Part shown: one piece after another, positions 8,223-17,800 of the stretch
How positions within the stretch are numbered: the stretch's first letter is position 1
Layout: every line of letters starts with the position of its first letter
Origin: a virus
Virus record (IMG/VR): IMGVR_UViG_3300035688_000002
Location: 1-64,000 of that record
DNA: 64,000 bases
Reading direction: 5' to 3' (one strand)
The notes under the pieces: model-generated
Told to the model about the DNA's origin: nothing
Databases searched by the model: none
The model's input: only the letters and a program-made list of their open reading frames with translations
Translations under genes and position numbers: made by a program

Positions 8223-10987
8223 CTGTCTGCTTCCAACATCTCTTTTGCCACTTTCAACACCTGCTCTAAGTCCAAATGCGTCATACAGTCAGGAATTCTA
8301 ATATTCTCTTTTGCTCTGTGGGGACCAGAGCCAAGACACGGAGTAAAGAAATCACAATAATTCCTTTTGGGAAAGAGCGAACACTTTCCCTGTATTGGTC
8401 TCATTGACTTAAACATTTTTGAAAAGACACTTCCGTTTCTGTTGCTAAAGAGAGTCAGAACTGGAACATTCAATGCTCCTGCCAGATTAGACAAACCGCT
8501 ATCTGGTGAAACAACTAAGTCTGCTAATGAAACAAGAGCAGCAGCCTGCCGAAAAGTAAAAGAAGTGTCGTCTTCGAATGAGATTACGACACTATGTTGG
8601 TTGGCAAGTTTTATTCCAAGAGACCGAATAGGCTTCCAAACCTTGAGTTTGTTGCTCCCCTTCTCAACTATCAATATCCTCTTTTTCTTCTCCGGCATCT
8701 TCCACAGTCGCTCCGCCCACAATCTCTCTTCGTCCATTACAAAATAATCAGGCTTAAGATTGTCAGAATCTGAATGAATGAGATTGAGATAAATCTTAGT
8801 CCTCGGACTCTTTATCTCCCCGTATTTCTGCATCTCTATCTGTTCTATCCTGAATTCTACATCTGTGATATCAATCGAGTAGGAACAACCCTCAGGAACA
8901 GGATTATCATGAAGATAAATTGCATCTATGTTCGGATTGTTTGTTAAAACACACCGATATCGATCCGGCACTGCGTAAACTACTCTGCATTTCTTACCCA
9001 GAGCTTTTAACTCCCTTGCAATAACAGTCGAAAAGAGAATGTCTCCATAACCACCCATTCCCCTTTTGATTAATACTGTAACACGCCTTTCCTTCTTTAG
9101 AGAGTCTTGGATATCAGAAATAGGCATTCCCCCATGCCACTCAGGGCCTAACTTAGAAAGCTGCTGTCTTTCATGGGGATCAATTCCCCATATCTCACGA
9201 TAGAGTGCCACATTCTTATTCCAATTCTCAATGTGTTTCTTGCCTTCTTCCCGATTCGATTTTACAACTCCACCCAAAGCATGATAGTAAATAGCTCCAT
9301 AATCTTGGACAAACTGCCCCCTCGCAAGTCTTATTCGCAGCGTGTAATCATTGTCTTCGATGTAACGAGGTTTGAAACGCTCATTAAAGAATCCTACTTT
9401 CTCAATACACTCTCTCGAAAAGACCGTACAAGAGTAGGAACCAGCAGGAATATCAGCTATAACTGCTACATCATGAGACTGGGGTTTGGTGCTATTGATA
9501 TCCCAAGGTGCTATCCGCTCCATGGGTGTAGCTGTTATCCCAAAGGCTTTTATCTTCTCGGCAGTTTCCATGAGTCTATTTATCGTATCATATCGGAGAA
9601 CTAGATCATTGTTCAAAAGGACAAGTTTGTCATAGTCTCCCTCCATGAATTTCTTCATAGCTATGTTTTGAGCCTCTGCCACACTGGTTTTCTTTGAGAC
9701 AAAGCTGATTCTCTGTTTTTTAAGCCATTCTTGCGTCCCATCGGTTGACTCATTATCAACAACAAAAATCTCATAGTCATGGAAACTTTGTATCGAGGCC
9801 AAGGCTTTAGAAGTCATCTCTTTGAGATTATAAGTCAACATGGTCATGAGAAGTTTCCTCGGTTTTTTTAAATGACATTCCAAAGTCTCCATAATTTTCT
9901 CTGGAGACAATCGATCGAGACACTTAGCCACTCCTGCCTGCTCCTTCTCCTGATAACTTTTCCCCGGAAGACAATCCACAGTCCACCAACAGGGAGTTTC
10001 CTTCCTTCGCAAGGCACACGGAGCCTGAATGACGAGAGCTTTTTCATAATCTTCCGTGAAAATCTTCCCGTCTGTATTTCCAAAGACACCTATGATTCTC
10101 TTTTTAAGAGCCCCAGCAATGTGGAGGATTGCCGAGTCTACAGAAATTACTACATTACACTGGGAAACTAAGGCTGCCATCTCTCTAAAAGAATAATCAA
10201 ACTTTCCATTTTCTACCTTGTCTAGAATAATAACTCCGAGGCCCTTCTGTTTGATTCTCTCTATCACCTTGGGCATCCCTGGATAAATCTTGCATTTGCC
10301 AACCGAATGCAGACCGACTCCGATAAGTGGCCTGCTAAGTCCTTTTAGAACACTCTTAGCCCACTCCCTTTCTTCGTCACTTATTTCATAGACCGGAATT
10401 CTGTCAATAACAAACAGTCCGAGAGCTTTGAGGAGAATGTCAGAGCGATGCTCATAAGCCTCATTCTGTCCTCGAAGTTGCTTCTCTCTGAATTTGAGTT
10501 CTAGGTCATTGGCATTGATTCTGATGTCGAAGCCAGGAAGTTCAAAGAGTCCTTTTTCTTTGCGAGTGTGAGTAGCATCTACATAGGGATTCCCTCTCCA
10601 TACCGACTCAAATGCTTTCATCACTCCCACCTCAACTGTCACTTTATCTCCGTAAGCATCTTTATACGCCTTTGGGAAAATCGTTGATAAAAGGTGATCG
10701 CCGTATCTGTCCACCAGCCCCACATCTATCAAAACTCTCATGCTTCCTTTAGATGCAGAAATTTCCTGTGTAGCTTTATAAGCGTTCCAGAGCTCAGGAG
10801 AAAGAAAGAACTGACCGAAATCGAGATTGCCTATAATAGCCTCAAACCTTGCCCCTCCAGGAGGAATAACTATGGGCTCCATATTAGAATCATAGAAAAT
10901 CTCCGGAGCCTTTCCTCTATTTACAAACATTCTGCCATGTGGTGTTCTAAACACTGCTCCCTCTGTTTTTCTCAGCGGGTCTTCCAT
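8219..10987 (-). CDS. tri-domain glycosyltransferase GT9-GT2-GT9
   Basis: First GT9 (YGD.L, SVDSAILHIAGAL), central GT2 (TYN, VVDNESTDGT, LNND, EDND), second GT9 (GYGDIL, SPDSGL.NLAGAL.VP). Confidence 0.85.
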   Translation of the reverse strand: MEDPLRKTEGAVFRTPHGRMFVNRGKAPEIFYDSNMEPIVIPPGGARFEAIIGNLDFGQFFLSPELWNAYKATQEISASKGSMRVLIDVGLVDRYGDHLLSTIFPKAYKDAYGDKVTVEVGVMKAFESVWRGNPYVDATHTRKEKGLFELPGFDIRINANDLELKFREKQLRGQNEAYEHRSDILLKALGLFVIDRIPVYEISDEEREWAKSVLKGLSRPLIGVGLHSVGKCKIYPGMPKVIERIKQKGLGVIILDKVENGKFDYSFREMAALVSQCNVVISVDSAILHIAGALKKRIIGVFGNTDGKIFTEDYEKALVIQAPCALRRKETPCWWTVDCLPGKSYQEKEQAGVAKCLDRLSPEKIMETLECHLKKPRKLLMTMLTYNLKEMTSKALASIQSFHDYEIFVVDNESTDGTQEWLKKQRISFVSKKTSVAEAQNIAMKKFMEGDYDKLVLLNNDLVLRYDTINRLMETAEKIKAFGITATPMERIAPWDINSTKPQSHDVAVIADIPAGSYSCTVFSRECIEKVGFFNERFKPRYIEDNDYTLRIRLARGQFVQDYGAIYYHALGGVVKSNREEGKKHIENWNKNVALYREIWGIDPHERQQLSKLGPEWHGGMPISDIQDSLKKERRVTVLIKRGMGGYGDILFSTVIARELKALGKKCRVVYAVPDRYRCVLTNNPNIDAIYLHDNPVPEGCSYSIDITDVEFRIEQIEMQKYGEIKSPRTKIYLNLIHSDSDNLKPDYFVMDEERLWAERLWKMPEKKKRILIVEKGSNKLKVWKPIRSLGIKLANQHSVVISFEDDTSFTFRQAAALVSLADLVVSPDSGLSNLAGALNVPVLTLFSNRNGSVFSKMFKSMRPIQGKCSLFPKRNYCDFFTPCLGSGPHRAKENIRIPDCMTHLDLEQVLKVAKEMLEADR

Positions 10988-11949
10988 ATCACTTCCTCAG
11001 TAGCTTTTTCAACCATCTCCCAGACTCTCGCTTTTGGGACTTCCTTCAAACATTTAATTGTCATTGAGCATTTCTCGCCTCTCTCAAAGCAGGGCTCACA
11101 GCCTACTTCAGAGCAGAGCTTCACCTCTCTTACCCCATCGGGATACAGTGGATGCCTCGAAAGCCTTACATCTCCTAAAGAAGGCCCCGTAATGAGAACA
11201 ACTGGGGTGCGAGTAAAGTGAGCGAGCCAAAGAGGCATTGTATCAACAGTTACTATCACCCTTGCTCTCTCAGTAAAGCTTAGAAGCTTGAAAGGATCGA
11301 TCCTCCTATTCTCTCCTATGTGAATGAGGGTTTTATATTTCCTTTCAAGATTCTTAGCAATGAATTCTGCTGTATCAGGAGGCAAAGTTTTTCTTTCGTT
11401 AGTCCCTGAAGAACAGAAAAGCACTCCTGCAAGCCCAACTGGGGGCGTCTTTGAAGTCCAAACAACGGGCTTTGAAGAATCTAATTCGAGAAAATCCCGA
11501 TAAATATCAAGCCGATTCTTGTGTGAGTAGCTCTCATCAGTGTGATCTCTTTCAAGGAGACCATCCATCAAAACTCCGACGGTTTTTCCATTACTTATAG
11601 GAGAAAGAGTGTAGCTAATCCCATCCAAAACTCCCTCATTAAAGTTTTGGAGCAACCCCGATTTGTGAATATCAAACGACGTTACAAATGAGAGTCTCCT
11701 TCCCGGATATTCTTCTTTGAATTGCCGAGCTACGGGGAGAAAAATGAGACTGTCTCCCATAGCATATCGTCTGACAAAGATAATGTGACTGTTTTTTTGA
11801 AAAACAGATTTGAAAGCTTTTAAGATTTCAAGTTTGGGACTGTCATAGGCAGTGAAGCGAATGTCTGCCAAAAAACGAGAAGGAATCTCAGTCGGCTCCA
11901 TTTTTTCATCGTAGAAAACCTCTGGGGAGCCTCTATTGAAGACTTTCAA
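10972..11949 (-). CDS. glycosyltransferase family 9 (heptosyltransferase-like)
   Basis: RRYAMGD, VTVDT.P..LA, TPVV.I.GP, C.PC...C..CL; TTG start after GGAGG. Confidence 0.8.
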   Translation of the reverse strand: MKVFNRGSPEVFYDEKMEPTEIPSRFLADIRFTAYDSPKLEILKAFKSVFQKNSHIIFVRRYAMGDSLIFLPVARQFKEEYPGRRLSFVTSFDIHKSGLLQNFNEGVLDGISYTLSPISNGKTVGVLMDGLLERDHTDESYSHKNRLDIYRDFLELDSSKPVVWTSKTPPVGLAGVLFCSSGTNERKTLPPDTAEFIAKNLERKYKTLIHIGENRRIDPFKLLSFTERARVIVTVDTMPLWLAHFTRTPVVLITGPSLGDVRLSRHPLYPDGVREVKLCSEVGCEPCFERGEKCSMTIKCLKEVPKARVWEMVEKATEEVIWKTR

Positions 11950-11974
11950 CCATAACCTCCACCGTGTAAGCTAG

Positions 11975-12021
11975 GACGGCACTACCGCTTCTTTACTTTG
12001 AAAGACCTCAGTAGTGCCGTC
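11975..12021 (-). other. intergenic stem-loop between the capsid gene and the glycosylation cluster
   Basis: GACGGCACTAC (11975-11985) / GTAGTGCCGTC (12011-12021) perfect 11-bp inverted repeat, extendable with a G-U pair on the minus strand; no U-tract on the minus strand. Confidence 0.55.
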
Positions 12022-12051
12022 TTTCGCTTTATTACGCTTCTATTTTTAAAA

Positions 12052-13245
12052 TCAGCTTGTAGTCAGCGTGACTGTTGCCAGTCCATCTTTGATGAGAGTG
12101 CCATAAGCGAATCTGCTCATCAAGCCTTTTCTCGGAATGAAATCGTCTGCGTCGATGATTTTTGGGGTCACATACAGCGGTATGTAGGGAGAGTAGAACC
12201 CCACAGCGTCTGTCCAATTTTCTCCCTTATAGCCCATTAAGAGCTTGTTTGCAACTGGGAAGAATGGGTCTTTGTAGACCTTGAATCTGTCATTCAAGGT
12301 TCCGACAAGATGCCTTCCGATTGTGTATTCGCCTGGCTGTCCGTTTTCGCTGGTCTTGAACTCTTCGAGCTTTTCGAGCCTGACAACTGCGTCCGGGTGG
12401 CCGATAATCCAGGTGGCATAATTGAATCTCTTTTTGAAAATGAGATTGCTGGCGTCGATGATGGCTTCATAGATTGTCTTTCTGTAGTCTTTTCTGTAAG
12501 TGGTTGTAGTGTCGCCCGCCAAGTAACCGTTAATATTCCAGTTCACGTTTCCAGCACCTGTTCCGAGGCCGGTTCCTGTCCCTGTAGCCCCTGCAAGCAG
12601 GCAAGCAATGATTAGACCGTCGATTTCTCGCACGATCTGGTCCTGCAACACTTTTGTCAACTCAGTCTCTGCTGAGAGCTTATGATAGGCCTGCAAGTCC
12701 TGCTCGAGTTCAACTGTCCATTTTGCCTTGAGCTTCTTCTCAATAGCAGTCACTGTCTCGTCAGTGATTTCCATGTCAATTTCTTTGACGGCCCCTGTCT
12801 CTGCGGATGTAGAATAATCCTTGTCTCTGATGTCTGCAACCGAGTCTCCTGCCGAACCTCCAGCTGGTGCATCATGGTATTTGAAATCGAGATAGAAGAT
12901 TTTGGCTGTAGGCTGGTCAATGGGCTGGACTGAGACCAAGTCCATTGCTATTAGCCTGTTAAAGATTTTCCTTACCAGGGGCATAGCGACTGTTGTGAAG
13001 GTGCTGATCTCTCCTGTTGTGGTTGTAGCTTCGAGAAGGTGCTTTGCTTCGTTTTCCAAAACCTTTGCGATGACGAAGTCACGGCTCATATCACCCGCCT
13101 CGATTTTCCCTGGGTCTAGGTCTGCTATAAGAGCGTTGTAGCTTTCAGCAAAGAATTTGACAGGGTCTTCCATGAGCATCTTCCGCTCTGGACTCTCTCT
13201 GTGACTAACAGCTAGATGTTCTGTCAGTTCCTCAAAAATGTTCAT
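12052..13245 (-). CDS. major capsid protein, T4 gp23-like
   Basis: LVSVQP...PT..IFYL, V.A..KKLKAKWT.EL.QDL.A.H, G.FY.PY.PL, F.P.KGL.SR.A are gp23-family motifs; likely processing site LLE72|A. Confidence 0.93.
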   Translation of the reverse strand: MNIFEELTEHLAVSHRESPERKMLMEDPVKFFAESYNALIADLDPGKIEAGDMSRDFVIAKVLENEAKHLLEATTTTGEISTFTTVAMPLVRKIFNRLIAMDLVSVQPIDQPTAKIFYLDFKYHDAPAGGSAGDSVADIRDKDYSTSAETGAVKEIDMEITDETVTAIEKKLKAKWTVELEQDLQAYHKLSAETELTKVLQDQIVREIDGLIIACLLAGATGTGTGLGTGAGNVNWNINGYLAGDTTTTYRKDYRKTIYEAIIDASNLIFKKRFNYATWIIGHPDAVVRLEKLEEFKTSENGQPGEYTIGRHLVGTLNDRFKVYKDPFFPVANKLLMGYKGENWTDAVGFYSPYIPLYVTPKIIDADDFIPRKGLMSRFAYGTLIKDGLATVTLTTS

Positions 13246-14510
13246 CTTTTCTCCTCCCTCTTGAGTTTTACACCCCCAAGAGCCTGCACTCTGCTGTGCA
13301 ATTTCTTAACTTCTTCCTCACCTGCACCCTCTATGAAAGTTTTGCCTCTACTTTTTCCCTTTAGGCCACCTGGACCAAGGTCTTTCTGAAGAGTCTCGAC
13401 AAACTCTTTGTAGCTCTTAACAGCCTCATCTACTTCTGCTTTGGTCTTTGGCTTCTGTTCGAGAATCTTGGTCTTCATCAACGCACCAAACTGAAAGTCA
13501 CTTGTCTTCTCTGTGAGATATGTCAGAACGGCCTCCTCGTTCCTCTCGTCCTCGATTTTCTTGACTTTGTCTTCCTTCTCTTTAAGGCTAGTGTTGACTA
13601 CTGTGAGTTTATCTTCCAGTTCGTCGATTTTCTCTCTCATGGCCAGCTTGTCTGTATCCTCTGCTGTCTGATCACCTGCTGGTTTCAGATACTCACCGGT
13701 AGTGAGAATCTCAGCGATGGCATTGATGGTTGTGAGATGGCGCTCGATCTCCGCGTCCTTTTCGTTCAGCTCAGTTTCCAGCTCGGTGACGCGCGTCTTC
13801 TGCTCTGTCAGCTGTTTCTGAAATTCGGCATCGAGGTCAGTTTTAACTTCCTCCCTCAACTCTTTCTTGAGAGCTTCTACGAGATCGGGATGATTTTTCT
13901 TGAGTTCCTCAAGATTCATAGTTTTAACCTCCGTTTCTGAATTCTGCCCTTCAGAGCTTTCTATGTACTGCTTTATTTGAGCAGTCAGCACTGATGGGTC
14001 AATGACAACATCAAAAGCATTAAACCTATACCCTTTTTCAATCTTTTCTACCTCACCAACGCCCGGCATAGTCAACGGAGCGCTTTTACCCTTGCCTCTT
14101 GAAGAGAGGCCAGGACGGCCACCCGCTCTAAGAATTTCCTTCAGGACGAGTCCTGGAGGAGTATTCAGCACCAGAAGATCAGCCATAAGCTGATTTTCTT
14201 TCCCCTTCAGAGGATTCCACTTAAGGTCAGTGACGAGGTGAGATGTCTCTTTGAGTTTGCCCTTGAATTCAGGATGATCAACCTCACAAAAGACTCTCTT
14301 CTCTTTGATAAGGGGCATCAGAGCTTGAACCGCATCATCCAATGTCTCACGGGGATAAATTCGCTTATTTTTGTTGACTGTGTCCGCTTCCTGAACGACA
14401 GCAGTTACGCGTATCCTAGGCTCACCCTTACCGGATGGGTCAGTGACTTCTTCAAAGTTAAGTTCCTCAAAGAAATCTTCACGTAACTCTTTCCAAAGAC
14501 TTTCAGCCAT
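13242..14510 (-). CDS. prohead core protease (T4 gp21-like) fused to a C-terminal coiled-coil scaffold
   Basis: N.N.RIYP, E.DHP, SH, G.SSRG.G, FD.V..PS followed by a Glu/Lys-rich coiled coil; directly upstream of the capsid gene. Confidence 0.9.
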   Translation of the reverse strand: MAESLWKELREDFFEELNFEEVTDPSGKGEPRIRVTAVVQEADTVNKNKRIYPRETLDDAVQALMPLIKEKRVFCEVDHPEFKGKLKETSHLVTDLKWNPLKGKENQLMADLLVLNTPPGLVLKEILRAGGRPGLSSRGKGKSAPLTMPGVGEVEKIEKGYRFNAFDVVIDPSVLTAQIKQYIESSEGQNSETEVKTMNLEELKKNHPDLVEALKKELREEVKTDLDAEFQKQLTEQKTRVTELETELNEKDAEIERHLTTINAIAEILTTGEYLKPAGDQTAEDTDKLAMREKIDELEDKLTVVNTSLKEKEDKVKKIEDERNEEAVLTYLTEKTSDFQFGALMKTKILEQKPKTKAEVDEAVKSYKEFVETLQKDLGPGGLKGKSRGKTFIEGAGEEEVKKLHSRVQALGGVKLKREEKR

Positions 14511-14537
14511 TCAGTCACTCCTTGTTAATTTAATTGA

Positions 14538-14565
14538 ATCGTAGCAGGAAATATTAACTTGTCAA
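14538..14565 (-). promoter_or_regulatory. sigma70-type promoter for the protease-capsid operon
   Basis: TTGACA-16 nt-TACGAT with an extended -10 TG, upstream of an AAGGAG RBS. Confidence 0.65.
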
Positions 14566-14579
14566 GCACCTCCTTTCTT

Positions 14580-14855
14580 TTATGCCTTCCATTCATATGG
14601 CTTAGTAGCTCTGCGGTATCCGCTAGAATAAGCGTATTGCAGATTCTCAAGGAATTTCTCGCCATCTTTCGCACTGAATTTCTTGCCTCTCATTCCAGAA
14701 ATTCCTTTCTTAAGAACAAATGAGGCTAAGCCATTCATTCTGTCTTCAATGACCGAGATAGTCTTGCCATCCCAGCCAAATGCCATAATGACATATTCAT
14801 GACCGGTAGGCTCCACCATAAAGACATCTACTCTTTTCATGTTCCTGTCCACCAA
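14580..14855 (-). CDS. small protein coupled to the kinase-containing MuF-like gene (candidate immunity or partner protein)
   Basis: 91 aa; overlaps the 3' end of 14837..18037 by 19 nt. Confidence 0.6.
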   Translation of the reverse strand: MVDRNMKRVDVFMVEPTGHEYVIMAFGWDGKTISVIEDRMNGLASFVLKKGISGMRGKKFSAKDGEKFLENLQYAYSSGYRRATKPYEWKA

Positions 14856-17800
14856 GAGTCAAAGACATGATAGTCAAATCTCTTGGATTTCAAAATGTTC
14901 TTTACTCTAGCCCAAAAGTGTTTCATAGCAGAATCTTCAATGCCACACTTCTTTGCGAGAGTGTTTATCTCTTTCCTTCTCTCAACCAATCTTTCAACCC
15001 TTGCTAAGAGTTCTCTAGGAATAGGTTCGCCTCTGACAAGCTCAAATGGAAGACTCTGATACGCATCACTGACGTTCCTAAGAGCCATAGAATAGCCATT
15101 GTCTATTGCCCACAATCTTGCCTGCCCTTCACGCGCCTTTGTAAGAAGAACATTTGCGATGTGCCTGTCGGTGTTTCCAATTAGCATATCAAACAAAGCA
15201 ATTTTCTTTAACTGAAGCTTTGCCTCAACAGTGAGATCGGGAATCGCTCCCATTGCGCTCATGTGTTTCCACTCTTCGAGTGTCATAGCCTCGGCACCTA
15301 GGTGTTTCTGAACTGAGCCAGCACCCCTTGAACCTTCTTTGAGAGCAGTCTCAGGAACGATATTGTAGCCGAGTCTCTTATCCAACTCATAAGAGAAGGT
15401 CTCACGTCTTGCTGCGTCTGTTGATTCGTCAAATAAGTCTAAGCGTCCTCCCCATGTTGGATCCTCGCCCTTAATAGGCTTATAAATTCCGCGAGAGCCA
15501 TCTTCGAGTTCCACTGTTATTGATTCATTAAGTCCGCCTCTTGCAATAGGTGTTTCTCTAACGACCTTTGCATTTTCAAAAGTGAGAGGCAATTGCTCTG
15601 CTGGAGTGGGTTCAGTCAAAAGAACAGAATCTGCGGGTGTCGTCATGAATGTTCCTTGTGGCCTTTTTATTGTGACCATGTTCCCTTCTATCTTCGTCAC
15701 AGTTCCTACTCTAATATTGACTCCTACACACTCCCAGACGACCATCCCAAGCCTTATGCATGGGCCTTTAGCTCTGAACTGCTCCAAGAGGATTTTGCTC
15801 TTTAAGAATCGGAGTCCGGGCATTAGTTTAGCCATATGACTTTCCCTCTCTTCTTCAAGAGATTCAGCCTTTTTAGCAGGAAGTGTAAATTTTACCCACC
15901 AATGAGATTGTTTCTGGGTCAAAGGTCTTCCAGGGCGACGAAAAGTTGACCATCGCTCACCATGATCGATAATCTTAGCACCAGGGATCGCCCTTTGAAT
16001 CTTGAGTGCCTCCTTCTCAGAAGACCCTCCGTGTGAAAGAAAGAATTCTTTATGAGCAATGTAGATCTCTCCCTTTTTTTCGATTGTATTAAAAAGGAAT
16101 CCTTTTGACGCTAAAAGATTCTTTATTTTATCTGGAGAGGCGCCTGCTACTCCCATTACTCCCATTCTGCTATCAGCTCCCCACCTACCTGGTTTGTTGT
16201 GATGCTCACCACTTCCTGGCCCACCTTCTCCTATCACAGCCTTCTCTCCGCTCATTGGAGACAGAACAAAAATGAGAGGAACATAGAAAATGCTTTCGTC
16301 TCCCTTAGCCAACGCTTCCTCTGTTTCATAGTCACCCTTATGGACGGCGGCAATCCAAGAAGGAGGAATACGCCCTTTGACATAATAAGACCCCTTGGGA
16401 GCGTGTATATCTGCGATCATCTCCGTCTTCTTTGGCACTCTCACTTCAAAAACAATGATTTTTGGCTGCTCCCTTAGACTAAATTTCATTCGAAGTTCAT
16501 CACCGATAACCTTGCCCCATGACTTTGCATCAAAGAGTGTAGAACACATAAAAACTGAATTAGCCCTCTCCCCAGTATAGTAATAGTCAGGGAAATTCCG
16601 CTGCCCAAAACCACCAGGAACGCCACCAGGGACAATTCCATTCTTCTTTATGCTATTTACTGCCTCGGCTGTAGTGCTATGATAAAAGATTAAGGCTGTT
16701 CTGTTTCCCCATCTTCCGGGTTTATTATGATGCTGTCCGCTTCCAGGCCCGCCTTCCTCTATCACAGCCTCACCCCAGCCAATGGGACATTTCCAAACTT
16801 CTCTGACTAACTCAAGACCCCGATTCCTCAGTGCTTCTGCCCTCTTAACGACATCCCCTGAGCTCCAACGAGGAACAGCTCTCACATTATAAGACTGCTG
16901 AAGCTGAATAATCTCAGCATTGACAAGCTTCCTAGATGCTGCATACTGGGCAAGCTCATCTCCTGAAGATAAAGACATCTTTGCTCGAAGGAGATTCATC
17001 TCGTCAAAGAGATCAGAAAAGAGGCGCACGACATCAGATGAGACAGGCCCTCCTTCTTCAGTTGCCACTAAGCAAGAGGAACTCTCTAATCCTGTCCTTG
17101 ATACTCCTGTTTCTGGGGCTGCCCCAAACCCTCCAAATCCTCCTGGCTGTTCGGTGCCAAAGCCTGGGTTCACATAAGCAAGCGAGCAATAACAACGAGA
17201 AAGACAAACAGTGTCGCCTGCCCTTGGGACTGTTGGTAGAGTCGATCGGGTGTAGGGACTGCCTGCGTTTAATTCAATGCAATCATCACAGTGATCGGAT
17301 ATAGGATGCCCAAGCTGCCAATGAATGAGCTGTTGCTCAGGAGCACAAGCAACATAGCCATTCCAAAACTGTGCATCTAAGGATTTAGCATATTCCTGCG
17401 CTCTAACCGAAGCTGACAAGGAGGAAAAAACAGCTTCCTGTTTTCTTTGGGTTGAAGTCCCTACCTGAATGTTGGCAAGAAATCGCTGTAAGTATCGCTG
17501 CTCTGCTTGTTGGGCTGTTACTCCGAATTTCATATCGACGGTTGTCAGCCCCATATCTTTGTAATAGGGATTCCCCGTTCTCATTCCGCCATATCTGAAA
17601 GCCTGTTGGTAAGCATCAGTCCCAAAATCTTTGAAGCGCTCTGCTGCTGTTTTTATAGAAAGTCCTCCCTCACCCACAGCTTGCACTATATCCTGAATCT
17701 GAAGCTCAAAACCTTTTCGCAGCTTTTGATATCCTGAAAGGGATGCTCTATAGGCAGTTTTATCAAACCCCCCGACTGAGACAAAAGCCTGCGTGAACAT

